A stretch of DNA of 64,000 nt, from positions 116,331 through 180,330 of the forward strand of contig ADNK01002596.1 in assembly GCA_000320545.1 (NCBI GenBank), written 5' to 3'. Shown here piece after piece: positions 1 through 12,690 of the stretch. This DNA is from Bigelowiella natans CCMP2755. Its lineage: Eukaryota > Protista > Cercozoa. A program made the translations under genes and the position numbers. Each line of letters begins with the position of its first letter. The first letter of the stretch is position 1. Below the pieces are notes generated by a model. That model was not told the origin of the DNA, ran no database searches, and saw nothing but the letters and a program-made list of their open reading frames with translations.

Positions 1-1411
1 ATCAATCAATCATTCAATCAATGAAGAGGGGTGTCACTGGTGCACGTGCTTCATTCTTTGATCCTTTCAAAGCACCATTGGAATTGCTTTGTTCACTTGT
101 TCGTGTTGACACGTGCATGCCACAACGTGACGAGACACAGTTTTCCTGACGCGGGTGTTTGTTCTTGTTTTCTTGGGCGTCGTTGTTCGCACGTTCCACT
201 CTTCTTCTTCTTCTTCTTCTTCTTCTTCTTCCTCCTCCTCCTACACCCCTGCGATGTAGCGAACATGGGAGCCTGGAGCCTGCTAGCCTGAGCTTCTTCA
301 CGTGCCATGTGTGATGGATGCATCTGAACAGTGTGACAAGGATGATAGACATGCAATACATTATGCTGTATTGCTGTGTCTATTATGAGGCCAGCCCAAA
401 CAAACTGAGCCATCAGATCCAGAGAGATGCACGTGCACACACACAGTTGATTGAGCGTGGCATGGCATGCACGTCTGGACCCATGTGGCAGAAATGTCGA
501 CAGTCTAGCAGCCATCACCAGATCAATCAAATCACAACAGCTAGACAACTCTGCTAGAATGCAACAAGAACTGTTCAGTGCAGAATCCACTCCAGGATCG
601 ACGAGATCCACACAACATCTAGCCTTGTGCACATCGCATCGATCGATCGGGCTGTGTCCACAACTGCAATTTCCTCTCGGCGCCTCGCTAGCGCGCAACA
701 TTTCTGCATTTCCCCCTCTAGCCCTCCCGTTGCATGCATCTGCATTTGCCAGCTTGTTTTTGTAATCCACTTTGTTGTGATGAAAAAGATTTAATCCAGC
801 AAAACACAGAAGATCACTTAGATTAGGCCGCAGCTTAACTAGAGATGATAAATGCGTTAGCATAATCTTGAAATTTAGTAGATTCACTCTTTTTGATCTT
901 AGCGAATCCAGACACTTATGTCATGGTCATCACCCAAATGTTAAGTACGCAATGCAAGTATCATTCCTATCGTGTCCTCTAACTATTACGGACGCAATGC
1001 AAGTTTCATTGCTGAAGGATGCTCATAACAACAGATTTGGTTTCGGATTAGTATGAATTGCTGTACTATTATCATTTTTGTAATATTTTAATTTAATTAG
1101 TAGCGGTCTAATTTTTGTTAACTCGATTATTGTCTTCCAAGTTTGTGTGCCGAGAGAGAAATAGATGGTGAGTTTGAAAAAAAGAGTAACTTTCTAATAA
1201 AGGAATACTATGTACAAGGAGAGAGGGTAAGTTTTTTTCTCGACTACATGTCCGTTACTGAGACTGGACCGATGAAGCCAGCAAACACTGTACAATACAC
1301 TGCCGACCCCATTGTAATTGGTTCCACGTTTCACATTTGATTAGTGAGAGGGGCTTCTTTCTAGTTCCCGGCCCGGCAGTGATTTTACATAACATTTTGA
1401 CGAAACTGCAC

Positions 1412-2014
1412 TCAAGCCAAGTGGGAGGGCAGAGCCGTTTCTTTTCCGTCTGAACCTCCGACATCAAGAGTAAGGTCAAATTGCAACATGTCCGAAAGAT
1501 CGTCTTGCTGAGATGGATACTGTCCCATCGTACCATTGTTGGTCCTAGACCCCGAGTTATGTTGCTCTAGTGAGGGGCCACCGCTGATTGTTCGTTTCTT
1601 CAACAACTCGAAAACAGTTGGAGACGAAGAGAGTTTAACATCCCCCGATCCCCTGGTGTCCTGAGAGGTGCCTTGTGAATTGGGTGCAGGGATAAATTTG
1701 CTCTGCTTTGCTCCACTTGTGAGCCTGTCTAGGAAACCAGATGGCAAATTCTGCGGACAAGAGAATCCCCCATATTCTGAGAGCGATCGTGACAGTTCCG
1801 TCTTTTCGGTTTCACTGCTTTTTCGTGAGAGTTCTGTCTCAAACATTGGGGAGCTGGGGAGGAGGAGGCTTGGTGGTTGAACTTTAGGTTTCAGTGGTCG
1901 TCGAGAAGGTGGTTGCGGCGGTATTCCAAATGCTGGGCACGAATGTGCAACTGATATCATACCACCTGCCAGTGACTCATGCTTTGAATTCAAAATTGGC
2001 TTGGCTTTGCTCAT
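1412..2014 (-). CDS. Hypothetical Ser/Pro-rich protein (probably the first exon of a spliced gene continuing leftwards)
   Basis: 200-codon ATG-initiated ORF in non-repetitive sequence (MSKAKPILNSKHES...). No recognisable domain and the 3' structure is unresolved. Confidence 0.45.
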   Translation of the reverse strand: MSKAKPILNSKHESLAGGMISVAHSCPAFGIPPQPPSRRPLKPKVQPPSLLLPSSPMFETELSRKSSETEKTELSRSLSEYGGFSCPQNLPSGFLDRLTSGAKQSKFIPAPNSQGTSQDTRGSGDVKLSSSPTVFELLKKRTISGGPSLEQHNSGSRTNNGTMGQYPSQQDDLSDMLQFDLTLDVGGSDGKETALPSHLA

Positions 2015-2149
2015 CCTAGTGAAAGCGGAAGTAGAGACTTAAACTAACGTTTTCGCAAATCGTTGACACTTTCCTATCCCTGAGAAAATAAACGATTTTT
2101 AAAAAATAAGTGTAGATGCTAATCTCATGAAAAGACACATTACACATAC

Positions 2150-3007
2150 ATTAACAGGGTTATTTCCCAGATTTGGACTACCTTAATGATATCAATTTTA
2201 ACCTGGTAATGGCCTAGCAATCGCTCATCTTATTCAATGGCTTCTTCTGTAAAATTGGAATGATAGTTGAATGAGTAAAGCTATCTTTAGAAAGTATTTC
2301 TTCACATTCATCGCCGCCTCCGTAATCTGAGGAGCTTACCTTAAAGAGGGTTTGGCGGTGTAAAGAGAGATAGCAACTGGGATTCAACCTTGCAAGAAAT
2401 TTTGATGAAATTTTCAAATAAAAAGTTTACCCTTATTACTGAAATGCTTCTTACATTTGAAAAAAATATACAGTAAAATGGTAGTACGACTTGTGCATGA
2501 ATCCAATTATAACCATAGTAGGACGTATTTTTCTGTTCACACAAAATAATAAAAATTCTGAATTTATTTTCAGACTATGAAGTACTTCCTTTTGATGATA
2601 AATCTTCACGTAGGTTTATAAATTACATCTCCGACAACACAATATTTATTTTTAGCTCATAATATCGTCGTATGATTTGTGAGGGAAAATGTGATGATCT
2701 TAGAGTAGTACTTTTTTGGTAGTATGTTGATTTCTGGGAGCTCAGGAGAAAAGAAGATGAAAAACTTTTTTAAAAAAGGAAGGTGCAAAAACAGATACGG
2801 CGAGCTGATGAGTATCTTCTTCAAGTAATTTTTGGCCTGTTTCCTATTCTTCTGTGTTAATCCAAATGTGGTTTCAGATTTTAGGGTTCGTTTTGTTGGT
2901 AGTGTTAGTTGCGCCAGGGTATCTGGTTTTTTCTCTTTGTTATGGGTGATGAGAAACCCTACAGTTGTAGTAGATCTACGGAAACAAACAAACGATGTTC
3001 GCAACAT
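2150..3007 (-). CDS. Possible hypothetical multi-exon gene, divergent from the kinase
   Basis: Alternating higher-GC open segments and AT-rich GT..AG segments on the minus strand (ORFs 2657-3007, 2341-2544, 2214-2417). I could not build a unique exon chain. Confidence 0.25.
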
Positions 3008-3258
3008 TTATTCTTGATCGCACGCACCGGAGAAATAACAATAGCCTATTGGAAAATCTCCCTTCTCGGCACGATCCGTGATTCGACAAAAACCATCAAA
3101 ACTAAGGGGATTAGTTGCAATATTTTCAAAGAAAGTTTGTCACATGCAACGTTCCTCCTTGCCAAAAACACACAAAGAAATTTTAAGTCTAACAGTTAGC
3201 ATTTGAATACTCAGAGTCTCTCCAGAGACGACAGCTGTTGTCGACTAATGGAAAGATA

Positions 3259-5122
3259 ATGGAAGAAAATCACTATGTACCGGGAGGTGTCTACGGCACA
3301 CCTGTGGTGCTCGAGGAGGCAAAAGACCAGCATCGTGAAGAAGAACTTTATCAAAAGCTCTTCTACAAACAAGAAGAGGTAGAAGAAATGTAGGATGGAA
3401 ATAAAGTGAATTTTATAAGGTGTACCTTGACACTGTGACTCAATTGCAGATCGAAATTGGAGAGAAACTGGGTGAAGGGAATTTTGCAGCGACATTTTGT
3501 GGAAGAATAAAGGATCTTGGGATCTCAGTGGCCCTAAAAGTCGCGAAGGCATCGGTTCGTAGTTGATATAATCGCTATCGCGTTCAAGCTACTGATACTA
3601 TGTAAATTGAAAAGGTGGATGATGAGAGTATACATGTGGAGATAAGCAATTTTTCCAAGATCGGAAAGCATCGCAATGTGCTCCGGTATATCGGTTTTGT
3701 GATGCTGGTTGATAAGCCATGCTATATGACTGAGCTTTGCTCTTATGGCAATCTTCACGACCTCCATGATTCGGAAAGATTTGATAAAGAGGCTAACTTT
3801 CTGAGAGTGGCGACAGATATATGCTGCGGTCTTGCACATTTACATGCAAAGGGTGTTGTACACCGAGACATTGCATGTAGAAATCTCCTGATGCGGAAAG
3901 ATGGTTCTGTACTGATCGCTGACTACGGTCTAGCTCGTGTAGTAGGCACAGGAGATGAGGCATATTATACCGCAGGGAAAGCTCCGACAGCATGGCCATG
4001 GATGGCACCAGAATCGTTTACCTATCTCGATTCAAAAATCAAACTTGTTAAGGGAAAGTTTACCAAGAAATCCGATGTATATATGCTTGGGGTACGTTAG
4101 ATAGATCGTGTGTGCGTGGAGGCAAAACTAATCTAACTAAAGTCACGGACATATACACTGCCTGCGTATAGTATTTTTGTGTTGTGTGTTTGATTTTTAA
4201 ACTCAAGACTATATTAATTATATCTAAGGTGGCTTTCTGGGAAATGTTAACAAGAGGGAAAAGACCATACGAGGAGAGCACAGGTGGTGTGTCATCAGCA
4301 AGAATCGGAGCTAGGGAGGCTTCGGAAAGAATACGATTAGGATTATTGAAATTATCAACACCCAAAAACGCAACAGTCATACAGAAGACAATTGTGGAGG
4401 CCTGCTTAGCTTTTGATCCAGAGGAACGTCCATCAGCTATGGGGGTGCTCTCAAACGTACTTTACATCAATCCTACCCAAGAACAACTTTCGGAGTGGAA
4501 AGAAAGTTTGGTAAGGAGGAGGAGGAGGAAGAAAATGTTCAAACTAGACGATAAGGTACATTATTATAGTCCGGTAAAAGGCGAGTATGTAAAAACTCGG
4601 AGGAAAATAGTGGAAATCAATTACGACCGTCAGGAGGTCCGATTAGATCGAATGGTGGGAATGCTGCGATTTGATCAAATATCACACCAGCCTCCTCCTC
4701 ATGATAAAGAGGTAAAAGATTTGAGGGGCAGGGAAAGAAAAATAGATTATAATCAGAAATATTGTGGCAATGGTAATGATTACACTAAAGAGGATGGCTC
4801 GAGCCCTATAAAGGTTGCCTCTCTTTCTAATGGAGCAACAAAGACGAAGGATCGGAATTGTCAGCGGAATATACTTCCACCTCACTCCCCTGTACTCATA
4901 AAGTATGAAGATGAAAAAGTTGAGAAAGAGAGAACAGAGACGAATTTTGTCCCCAAAGTTGGAGATTATGTTTTTTTTTTCAGCGCAGCACTTAAGCGAA
5001 TGAGTAAAATAAGAAGGCAAGTTACAAAAGTAGACCTAAATATGCGGATAGCGTGGTTGAAAGGAATGAAAAATAGAAACCCGCTCTCTTTCGACCAACT
5101 CGCACCCAATAACAACTTGTAG
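3259..5122 (+). CDS. Tyrosine kinase / TKL-type protein kinase with C-terminal duplicated SH3/Tudor-like domain
   Basis: Four exons join in phase 0: 3259-3378, 3420-3554, 3615-4091, 4229-5122. Motifs: LGEGNFA (Gly loop), VALK, HRDIACRNLL (catalytic loop, TK-like), DYG (in place of DFG), WPWMAPES, KSDVYMLGVAFWEM, DPEERPS. Confidence 0.9.
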
Positions 5123-5199
5123 CGAGATGTAGGAGTAATGAAACCTGTCTCAATGATGATCATGAACACAATCTAAATGACAAAAGAAAAAGGAAACGA

Positions 5200-5577
5200 A
5201 TTTGATGATGCCCCATGATGAAGCAATGTGGCACGCACAGCACCAATTAAGTAGGCAACGTGGCATGAGCATGCGCTACAGCTGACCCTGCACAAATGCC
5301 CCGTGAAAGACAAGCCTGTAATGTTCAGCTACGCATGACCGACCCCTTAGAGCATTGTGCCCGGCTAGCCATTCTGTCACATGCAATGTTTCATGCATGA
5401 ACGTTGCAAACGATTGAAAAAATCTCTGCACAACACGATGTGTGCGTGCGACAATGTGCTCTCTGCTCTGACCCACACTCCAAACACAACGCACAGTTTT
5501 CATGTTCAACGACACGTGTGGTCACGTGCAATCATCAAATTTGTTCCTCCCACTCATCCAACATGCACTCCACACAC

Positions 5578-5616
<39 letters not shown>

Positions 5617-7250
5617 ACACACACATTGTTCAATGTGCAGTCTAGCAGTTGCATCGGATGACGACAATCGGAAAAATGCAACAATTTTGTCATGCGTACA
5701 TGCATCCGTCCCCGAGCAACGCTGGCACGTTCACAATGCAGGATGTGTCAAGGAAACGAGCTTGCATTGCGATGAGTGGAGAGCCGCTGCAAGCTAGCAA
5801 GACATGCAACGTTTGTGTCTTCAGCTCGATGTGTGCCGGTCTGTTTCAGCGGGCTTGCGGTAGCTGTTTGGCTTTTGTGCGCGGGACTGTGTTGGAGATG
5901 TCACCGCAAGTCAACACGCGGTCCTGTGTGCGTTTGAATTCTGATGACCTGAGAACTTGCGCTGCATGCATGTGCATGTTGGATTCCGGCGCATTCGCGA
6001 AGATTCTCGAATCATCCAGAATTCTCTCGAATTCTCTCGAGCGTTCTGGAAGATTCCCGAAGCTTCCGGAATGCTCTCGAAGCTTCCGGAGAATTCTCGA
6101 AACTTCTGGAGAATTCTCGAACATTGTGGAAGACTCTCGAAACTTCCGGAATGTTCTCGAATTCTCTGGAAGGTTCTCGAAGTTCTGAGAACTTCCATGC
6201 GCATGCACACAGCGCAGCGTGCAGTGACGTGCACAGCAGCGCAGCGTGCAGCACGAGTGGGCGTGCGCATGCTGCGACAGTTCCTCAATCGTGGGTGGCG
6301 CGGCCACACCGCTGACAGTCTGCACGCAAAGCAGCAGCAGGCCACAATGCCACGGTGCATGCACGTTGCAGACACAGCCTCATCGCATGTCTAGACACAC
6401 CCAAGATGCACGCATGTGTGCAGCACGCCGCTGCCTTGCAGTGCTCACGCACAGCGTCAGCGCACACGTCTGTAGACGTGCCCACCGCCAATGGATCGAT
6501 TGAATGCGAGAACGGCAGCTAGTCTAGCAGTGCACGATGCATGGTGGTGATTGCGCACGTGCTGCAAGCAACACAACAGGTTCATGTTGCACGCAAGATC
6601 GCAAAGCAGCTCGGATCACTGCCCATCGATCACTTTAGCAGCAGCTCACTAGCTCAAATGGCTGCTGGGAATCATCGTGCAGTCAGATGCACCATCTGAA
6701 CCAGATTGTTGCAGTGCATTGCATTGAGACGCTGTTCGTGCGTGTCCAACCAGCTTGATTCTTTTCAAAGATTGGTCACAACAACTCACCAACTTGTGTT
6801 AATTTTTTTCGTGATGGATGGGAACTGTGGAAAACTAATGCGCCACAAACATGCTGTGTGACAATTCAAAGAGGAATCTCTTCCATGATGCTGTCCATGA
6901 GAACTTGCACGCATAAAAGTGTTCCAGTGTGCATGATTGATGCACCGACGATGGTGGCCGTCTAGCCATGCGAAAATGATCCAGACGCAGTGGCGGTAGG
7001 AATGATGTGGTAGCACACCGTGGTTTCATTTGTCGTTGGAAGTGGACCAGATCGTCTAATTAATGGCACCTCCAGTCGTTGCTCACATCATCATCTCACA
7101 TTTCCTCTCTGTGTGTGCATGTGCATGTGCGTGTGTGTTTTGCATCATCTGTCTAATCTCGGCTCAAAGATGCCATGAGCAAGATGAGCCACATGAGGTC
7201 AGAACCTACACAACATGCAATCATGAATGTGAGTGGTGAGTGATGATGCT
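5200..7250. other. Intergenic spacer rich in purine/pyrimidine alternation (TGCA, GCATGC, CACGTG, ATCGAT)
   Basis: Composition is visibly distinct from exons and from microsatellite introns. It lies 3' of the kinase stop codon and contains no credible coding exon. Confidence 0.6.
5991..6196. repeat. 10-bp-periodic tandem array, consensus A-nn-TTC-nn-GA (continuous GAAnnTTCnnGAA, heat-shock-element-like)
   Basis: About 20 consecutive decamers, e.g. agattctcga, aacttctgga, aacttccgga, atgttctcga, aggttctcga. The array is self-complementary in pattern. Confidence 0.85.
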
Positions 7251-7361
7251 CGGTATTGGCAGTGGCAGTAGCAGTAACAAAGTAGCATGTGTGAATCAAG
7301 CACTACGAATCGATGCAATGCAAACACACAGCAACAAGAGTGATGTAGCAGCAGCAGCAAC

Positions 7362-7396
<35 letters not shown>

Positions 7397-7480
7397 CAGT
7401 GAGATCATGTGTTTGGAAGATGAATGTTGGTGATAGATCTGCTGCATTGGTGGCTGTTGCAGTGATGATAATGATCATAG

Positions 7481-7514
<34 letters not shown>

Positions 7515-8061
7515 CTCCTCACGTAATTGCTCTTTCCTCCGTCTACAGATGATTGTACTATCGTGGTCATCATCCTCCTCCTCCTCGTCGCCTATACGCT
7601 TTGCATCATCGCAATCGCCTGTACTGCTTCTCACTCTAGCACCCTTTTCATCATCTTCCTCCTCCTCCTCCTCCTTTATAAAAAATAGTCACGAAAATGA
7701 AAAACAAAATGTGATTAACGGTATTCCTTCTTCTAGTACTAATATTTAAACACTATATTCTACTGCTACTACAACCACTACAACTACTACCATTACTGCT
7801 ACTTCCTATAGCAAGCAGCACCACTATGTCCGCTCAGATGATCATTATCATCATCATCATCATCAACTGACCTTAATGAAGTAGGGATTGTTTCCTCTAA
7901 TGAAAGGAGCGAAAAATGATGATAATGCTGATGATTTAAGAACTCCTTTCTTTTTCTTCTTCAGCTGCAGCAGGATGCCTCTTGTGAAAACGATGATAAA
8001 GCCGACGCTTACACATCTCGGGTATTTTCGTATTGTTTTAAGAAATCTCCTGAATAATTAT

Positions 8062-8778
8062 TTACTTTGTTTTGGTAACATCGATCGAAGCACACATTAC
8101 TCTCAGGTATGATGATGATGATGATGATATCATCATCATCATGATTAGTAGTAGGTGTAGTAGTGGTAGTAGTAGTGGTAGTAGTAGTGGTAGTAGTAGT
8201 GGTAGTAGTAGTAGTAGGAACACATGTACTACTATATATGTATATACCTTTTTTGGAATAGAGCACAAACCATCCCAATAAGAAGTGATGGTTCAACATA
8301 TCTTTGCCATATTGTTATTATTTTCTTCTCCTTTTCCCACTTTGTGCTGCTAAGTAAGCTTGTCCCAGGAGATGCAGATGATGAAGATGAGGACGGTGAT
8401 GATGTAAGGTAATTAGATAATGATTTTGTACAAGTTGTAACTCCTCTCGATTTCTTCATATTTGCCTAAACAATCGATCGGAGAAAGAAGAAGAAGAAGA
8501 AGAAAAAGAAAAAGAATAGAGTAGATAAGTGGTACGACTTGTCGCAGTAGCAAGCAATAAAGTGTGTGCGCTACTACTTCAGCAGTACTACTTCTACAAC
8601 ATGACCCACCACCACCACAACCACTACTACCTATTATTATTATTTAGTGATAGTATATTGAGGAGGAAAGAACGGGCAGTAGGTGTAATAAGCAAAAAGT
8701 AATGAAGATAATGATATTGAGATATGATGATATTAAGGCAAATGTAGTACCTCTTTCAACATATCCAGTCTGCTGGGG

Positions 8779-8812
<34 letters not shown>

Positions 8813-9650
8813 GAGTCTTCTTCTTCTGCTTCTTCTTACTATTACCACTACGAGTACTATTTCCATGGGATATTATCACTGTTCTAGTCGTACTCCTCTT
8901 CATCGTCGCTGCCGCACCCGTTTTCATTTCCATTCTTCGTGTTGGTCCCGGCGACTGATCATCAGCATTATCGTCATAATAAATCAAATCATTCAACTAA
9001 CAATTTTAATAATAATAAATAATCAAGTACAACTGATGTGTATTATTGGACGATAGCAAACGATGATAATGATATTTTACTGGTTTTAATAATGAATGTT
9101 TGAATTAGTAAGTATATTCTTGTTGCATCATCATCATCATCATTATCGTCATCATCATCGTCATCATCACCATATATGGCGCAAGCATAAGCGGTGGCAT
9201 TTCTCCTCCTCCTAGTTCTCCATTGATACTATCTGCTCTGCTTCTCGGCGAAAAAGATGGTGATGACGCCACCGATAAGGACTCCTGTATCTGCCAGTAA
9301 AGTAAGTAGCAAACAACCAAAGAGATTAAAAAGATAACGTGGCATCACCAACAAATGAAACAACATTCTTATTCCTCTTTCTTCGCCATCGTTACAATCA
9401 TAACTATGATTATAATTATCAATGCACACATCATCATCACCAAAATTTTGTTGTTGTGTGGTAATTGTCAGTTATAGTATATTTATTGCTTTGCACCAAA
9501 TAGCATTTTACGTGAGCAGCACTACCTGTGATAATAATAACACATCGGACTGTTGTTCTTTTTTGCCTTCTCCCAGATGATTAGTACCATTCTTCTTGTT
9601 GACTATAAAACCATCATTATCATAATCATCACCATCATAGCCGTCTTAGA

Positions 9651-9689
<39 letters not shown>

Positions 9690-9908
9690 CATTGTCTAGC
9701 CCACTCGCGACATTATTAGAATGATGCTCATCATGTTCTCCTAGTGACGATAATGCCATCGTTGTTGTCTCCTCTTCTCCTCCTCCCTTTTTTCTTTTTG
9801 CTTCCTTTTTTGCTTCTTCTTCTTGTTCTTTTTGATTATCTAGTCCTCCTTGTTTCAAGTTTGAGGCACTCAATGCGACTTTCTTTACTGTACATACGAC
9901 CTTCGATC

Positions 9909-9940
<32 letters not shown>

Positions 9941-9993
9941 CCTATCTTCATGAATAAATGAGAAGAAGAAAGGTAGCTCACAATGTTTACCAA
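8062..9993 (-). CDS. Possible hypothetical multi-exon gene
   Basis: Minus-strand exon-like islands between microsatellite introns (RSKVVCTVKK...SGLDNG ~9690-9905; KKSRGV...ALFQKR ~8250-8455; RVMCASIDVTKTK* ending 8062). Plus-strand readings are also possible and no domain is recognised. Confidence 0.3.
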
Positions 9994-10601
9994 GAAATTA
10001 TTTGTTGTTTCATAAGGGTAGCTAGCTACTACAGCAACGTACTGCTACTGCTGCTGCTGCTGCTGCTTTTCATATCGGAAAGGAGCAATAATATTCACAA
10101 TTACTTCCATCGTGATAGATTTCTTGGTTAATGACGATGATGATTATGAGGATGATGGTGATGATGATGCGGGTACTGATGGTGTTGTCTTCTTGTATCA
10201 TCGTAGTTACGACTCTTTGTTTATTTGTTTGCAGCAACTTTAACGACACGAAGCACCGCAAGAAGACTCTTGTTTTGGTGTGGCATTATACGTTAGTATT
10301 CTTATTTATTGTGTTGTTGTTGTTTTATGCATTTCATTATTGTGTTGATGATGCAAGAAGGACAAGCATAAGCAGCACCGTGGTTTGGAGATTAAAGGAC
10401 AGCAGGTTGTGTGTTGTTGCTGGGAGGAAGAAGAAGAACGTTTGCCTGGAGATATACATATTGCATCATGTTTTATAATCACACTAATACATCTTCTGCA
10501 TACTACTTACCATGATATACATGCATGATAATTGTTATCTTCAATCATCATCTTTCGTAATTGAGAGATTGTTGTCGTCATGCATGCATGCACAGTGTTG
10601 C

Positions 10602-10644
<43 letters not shown>

Positions 10645-10816
10645 CAAAGATCCTCGCATTTTGTTTGTCTCACACCATGTACTACTACTACTACTACTAC
10701 TACTATAAATAGCACTCTAGTGCGTACACAATCAGGCGAAATGGTGATGATCGATCATGTGCAGCAGTAGTAGTAGTAGTGGTAGTAATGGTAGTAGCAG
10801 TGCCGTATACAAACAA

Positions 10817-10847
<31 letters not shown>

Positions 10848-10867
10848 TGCACATCAAAGTAGTCGCC

Positions 10868-11028
10868 TTACGTACAATAATGTATGGTCATTGGTATTAG
10901 TTCCACTTTCCCCGCTGTGGATCTATTCTTTTTGTCCCCATGAATGATGATCATAGTGCTTTCAGCCACGAGATTCCAGCATGGATCCCTTCTCATTAGT
11001 TTTTCATAATATATGTTAGTCGAGTGTC

Positions 11029-11063
<35 letters not shown>

Positions 11064-11134
11064 CACAATCGCCTCATACCGATGATGATATCCATGCTGA
11101 TTTTCTCTCTGTCTTTGTGTGTGTGTGTGAGTGA

Positions 11135-11187
<53 letters not shown>

Positions 11188-11245
11188 AGGGGCAAGGGAG
11201 AGAGTATATCCTTGAGATATTAACTCGATCAAGTACTCAAAGAAC

Positions 11246-11282
<37 letters not shown>

Positions 11283-12439
11283 TCTATTAATATAAGTATA
11301 TCACAATTACATTGTAAGGGGTTCTGAGGAGACAATGACGCACTCTGCATGCAATTCTTTGACTTTTGGATGTACCAAGTCCTCATTTTGTGCCCATATC
11401 TTGGTTTTACCTCAAGATAAAAGGTGATAATCATGATGGTGATGGAAAAAAGAAAAGGGAGAAGAAACAAAGGAAAGTTAAACGACGAAGAAACAAGGCT
11501 GCTAATACTAAGAGAATGAGGAGAAGGAGGGGGATAGGGAGAAGACAAAAAGAACAAAGCTGCTAGTTCTAAGAGAATGAGGAGAAGTAGGAGGAGGAGG
11601 AGGAGAAGAGAGGGATAAGAAAAAGACAATAAGAAGAATGCTTATTACTACTACTACTACTACTATGCAAATTAAGGTGGGTGGGTGAGTGGGTTATCAT
11701 CATTCCTTGTACTGAACATCATCATACAACCATGGGTTATCATCATTCCTTGTACTGAACATCATCATACAACCATACGCCGTACTGCTACTACTACTAC
11801 TACTACTACTACTACCACTACCATTTTCTCCTTTAATTTCCTTGAGCATAGCGAAATAGAGAGAGGGGGGTTCGGACTTTCCCCGACGAAATCTAGTGAA
11901 TAATATGTGAGGAAGTGTAGCAATCATCAATTCTCCATTATATTCTCCAAAATACATTAAACTGCTGCGTTAAGTAAGTAGTAGTACTACTAGCAGTACC
12001 TTGTTGCTATTATTGTGCTGCCATTTGTCACTGCTAGATTCAAAGAACAAGCACTGCTACGTGATGAGAACCCAATCATCATATCCACGATCGTCTGAAT
12101 TGTACTTTGAAAGAATCAACAACAACAAATATTTTTTGATTAATCATTGGTGTATATATAAGGAATTCGTTGTTAGACTATTATTACTCTTGCAAAGCTT
12201 TTGCAATTTGTTTTGGAGTCGCATTTAACATATTGCCCTCCTCCTTCTTCTTACTCTTTTTCTTCTTCTTCTTCTTGCTGCTTTTCTTCTCACTGCTTTG
12301 ATGACTATAATCATCATCGTTACTACTCTTGCTGCTACAACCACCAGCATTGGCCTCTTCTTCCTCCTCCTCTTTCTTATTTTTCTCCTCTTTTGCTGCT
12401 GCTGCTGCTGTTGCGACATTTCTCTGTCGTGCACATATA

Positions 12440-12476
<37 letters not shown>

Positions 12477-12619
12477 TAGAGTCGTCAGGAGCACCACCAA
12501 GTGCAGCAGCAGCAGCAGGTAATCATTATTAAAAAGCTTACTCAGCAGCTAACATATGATAATAAGAAACTCTCAGGCCGCCCTTCCTCCTCTCCTCCAA
12601 ACATAAAAGTACAGAAGTG

Positions 12620-12690
<71 letters not shown>

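Noticed and set aside
93-887. 264-aa minus ORF and overlapping ORFs at 14-765
   Set aside because: Non-ATG start, runs through a (CTT)n microsatellite (poly-K/R/F) and an RY-rich spacer; no domain. At most its first ~50 codons could be a terminal exon.
2881-2887. Isolated ttagggt
   Set aside because: A single telomere-like hexamer is expected by chance.
5991-6196. CRISPR-like array
   Set aside because: Contiguous 10-bp units without unique spacers, in a eukaryotic context with no cas genes.
5649-6394. Several 145-179 aa ORFs on both strands
   Set aside because: Artefacts of the stop-poor 10-bp GAAnnTTC array and TGCA-rich flanks.
8062-10860. C-terminal extension of the DUG3-like gene
   Set aside because: The DUG3-like frame reads to a natural stop (HYCT*, 10868) after the last conserved motifs, and phases to the downstream exons did not match.
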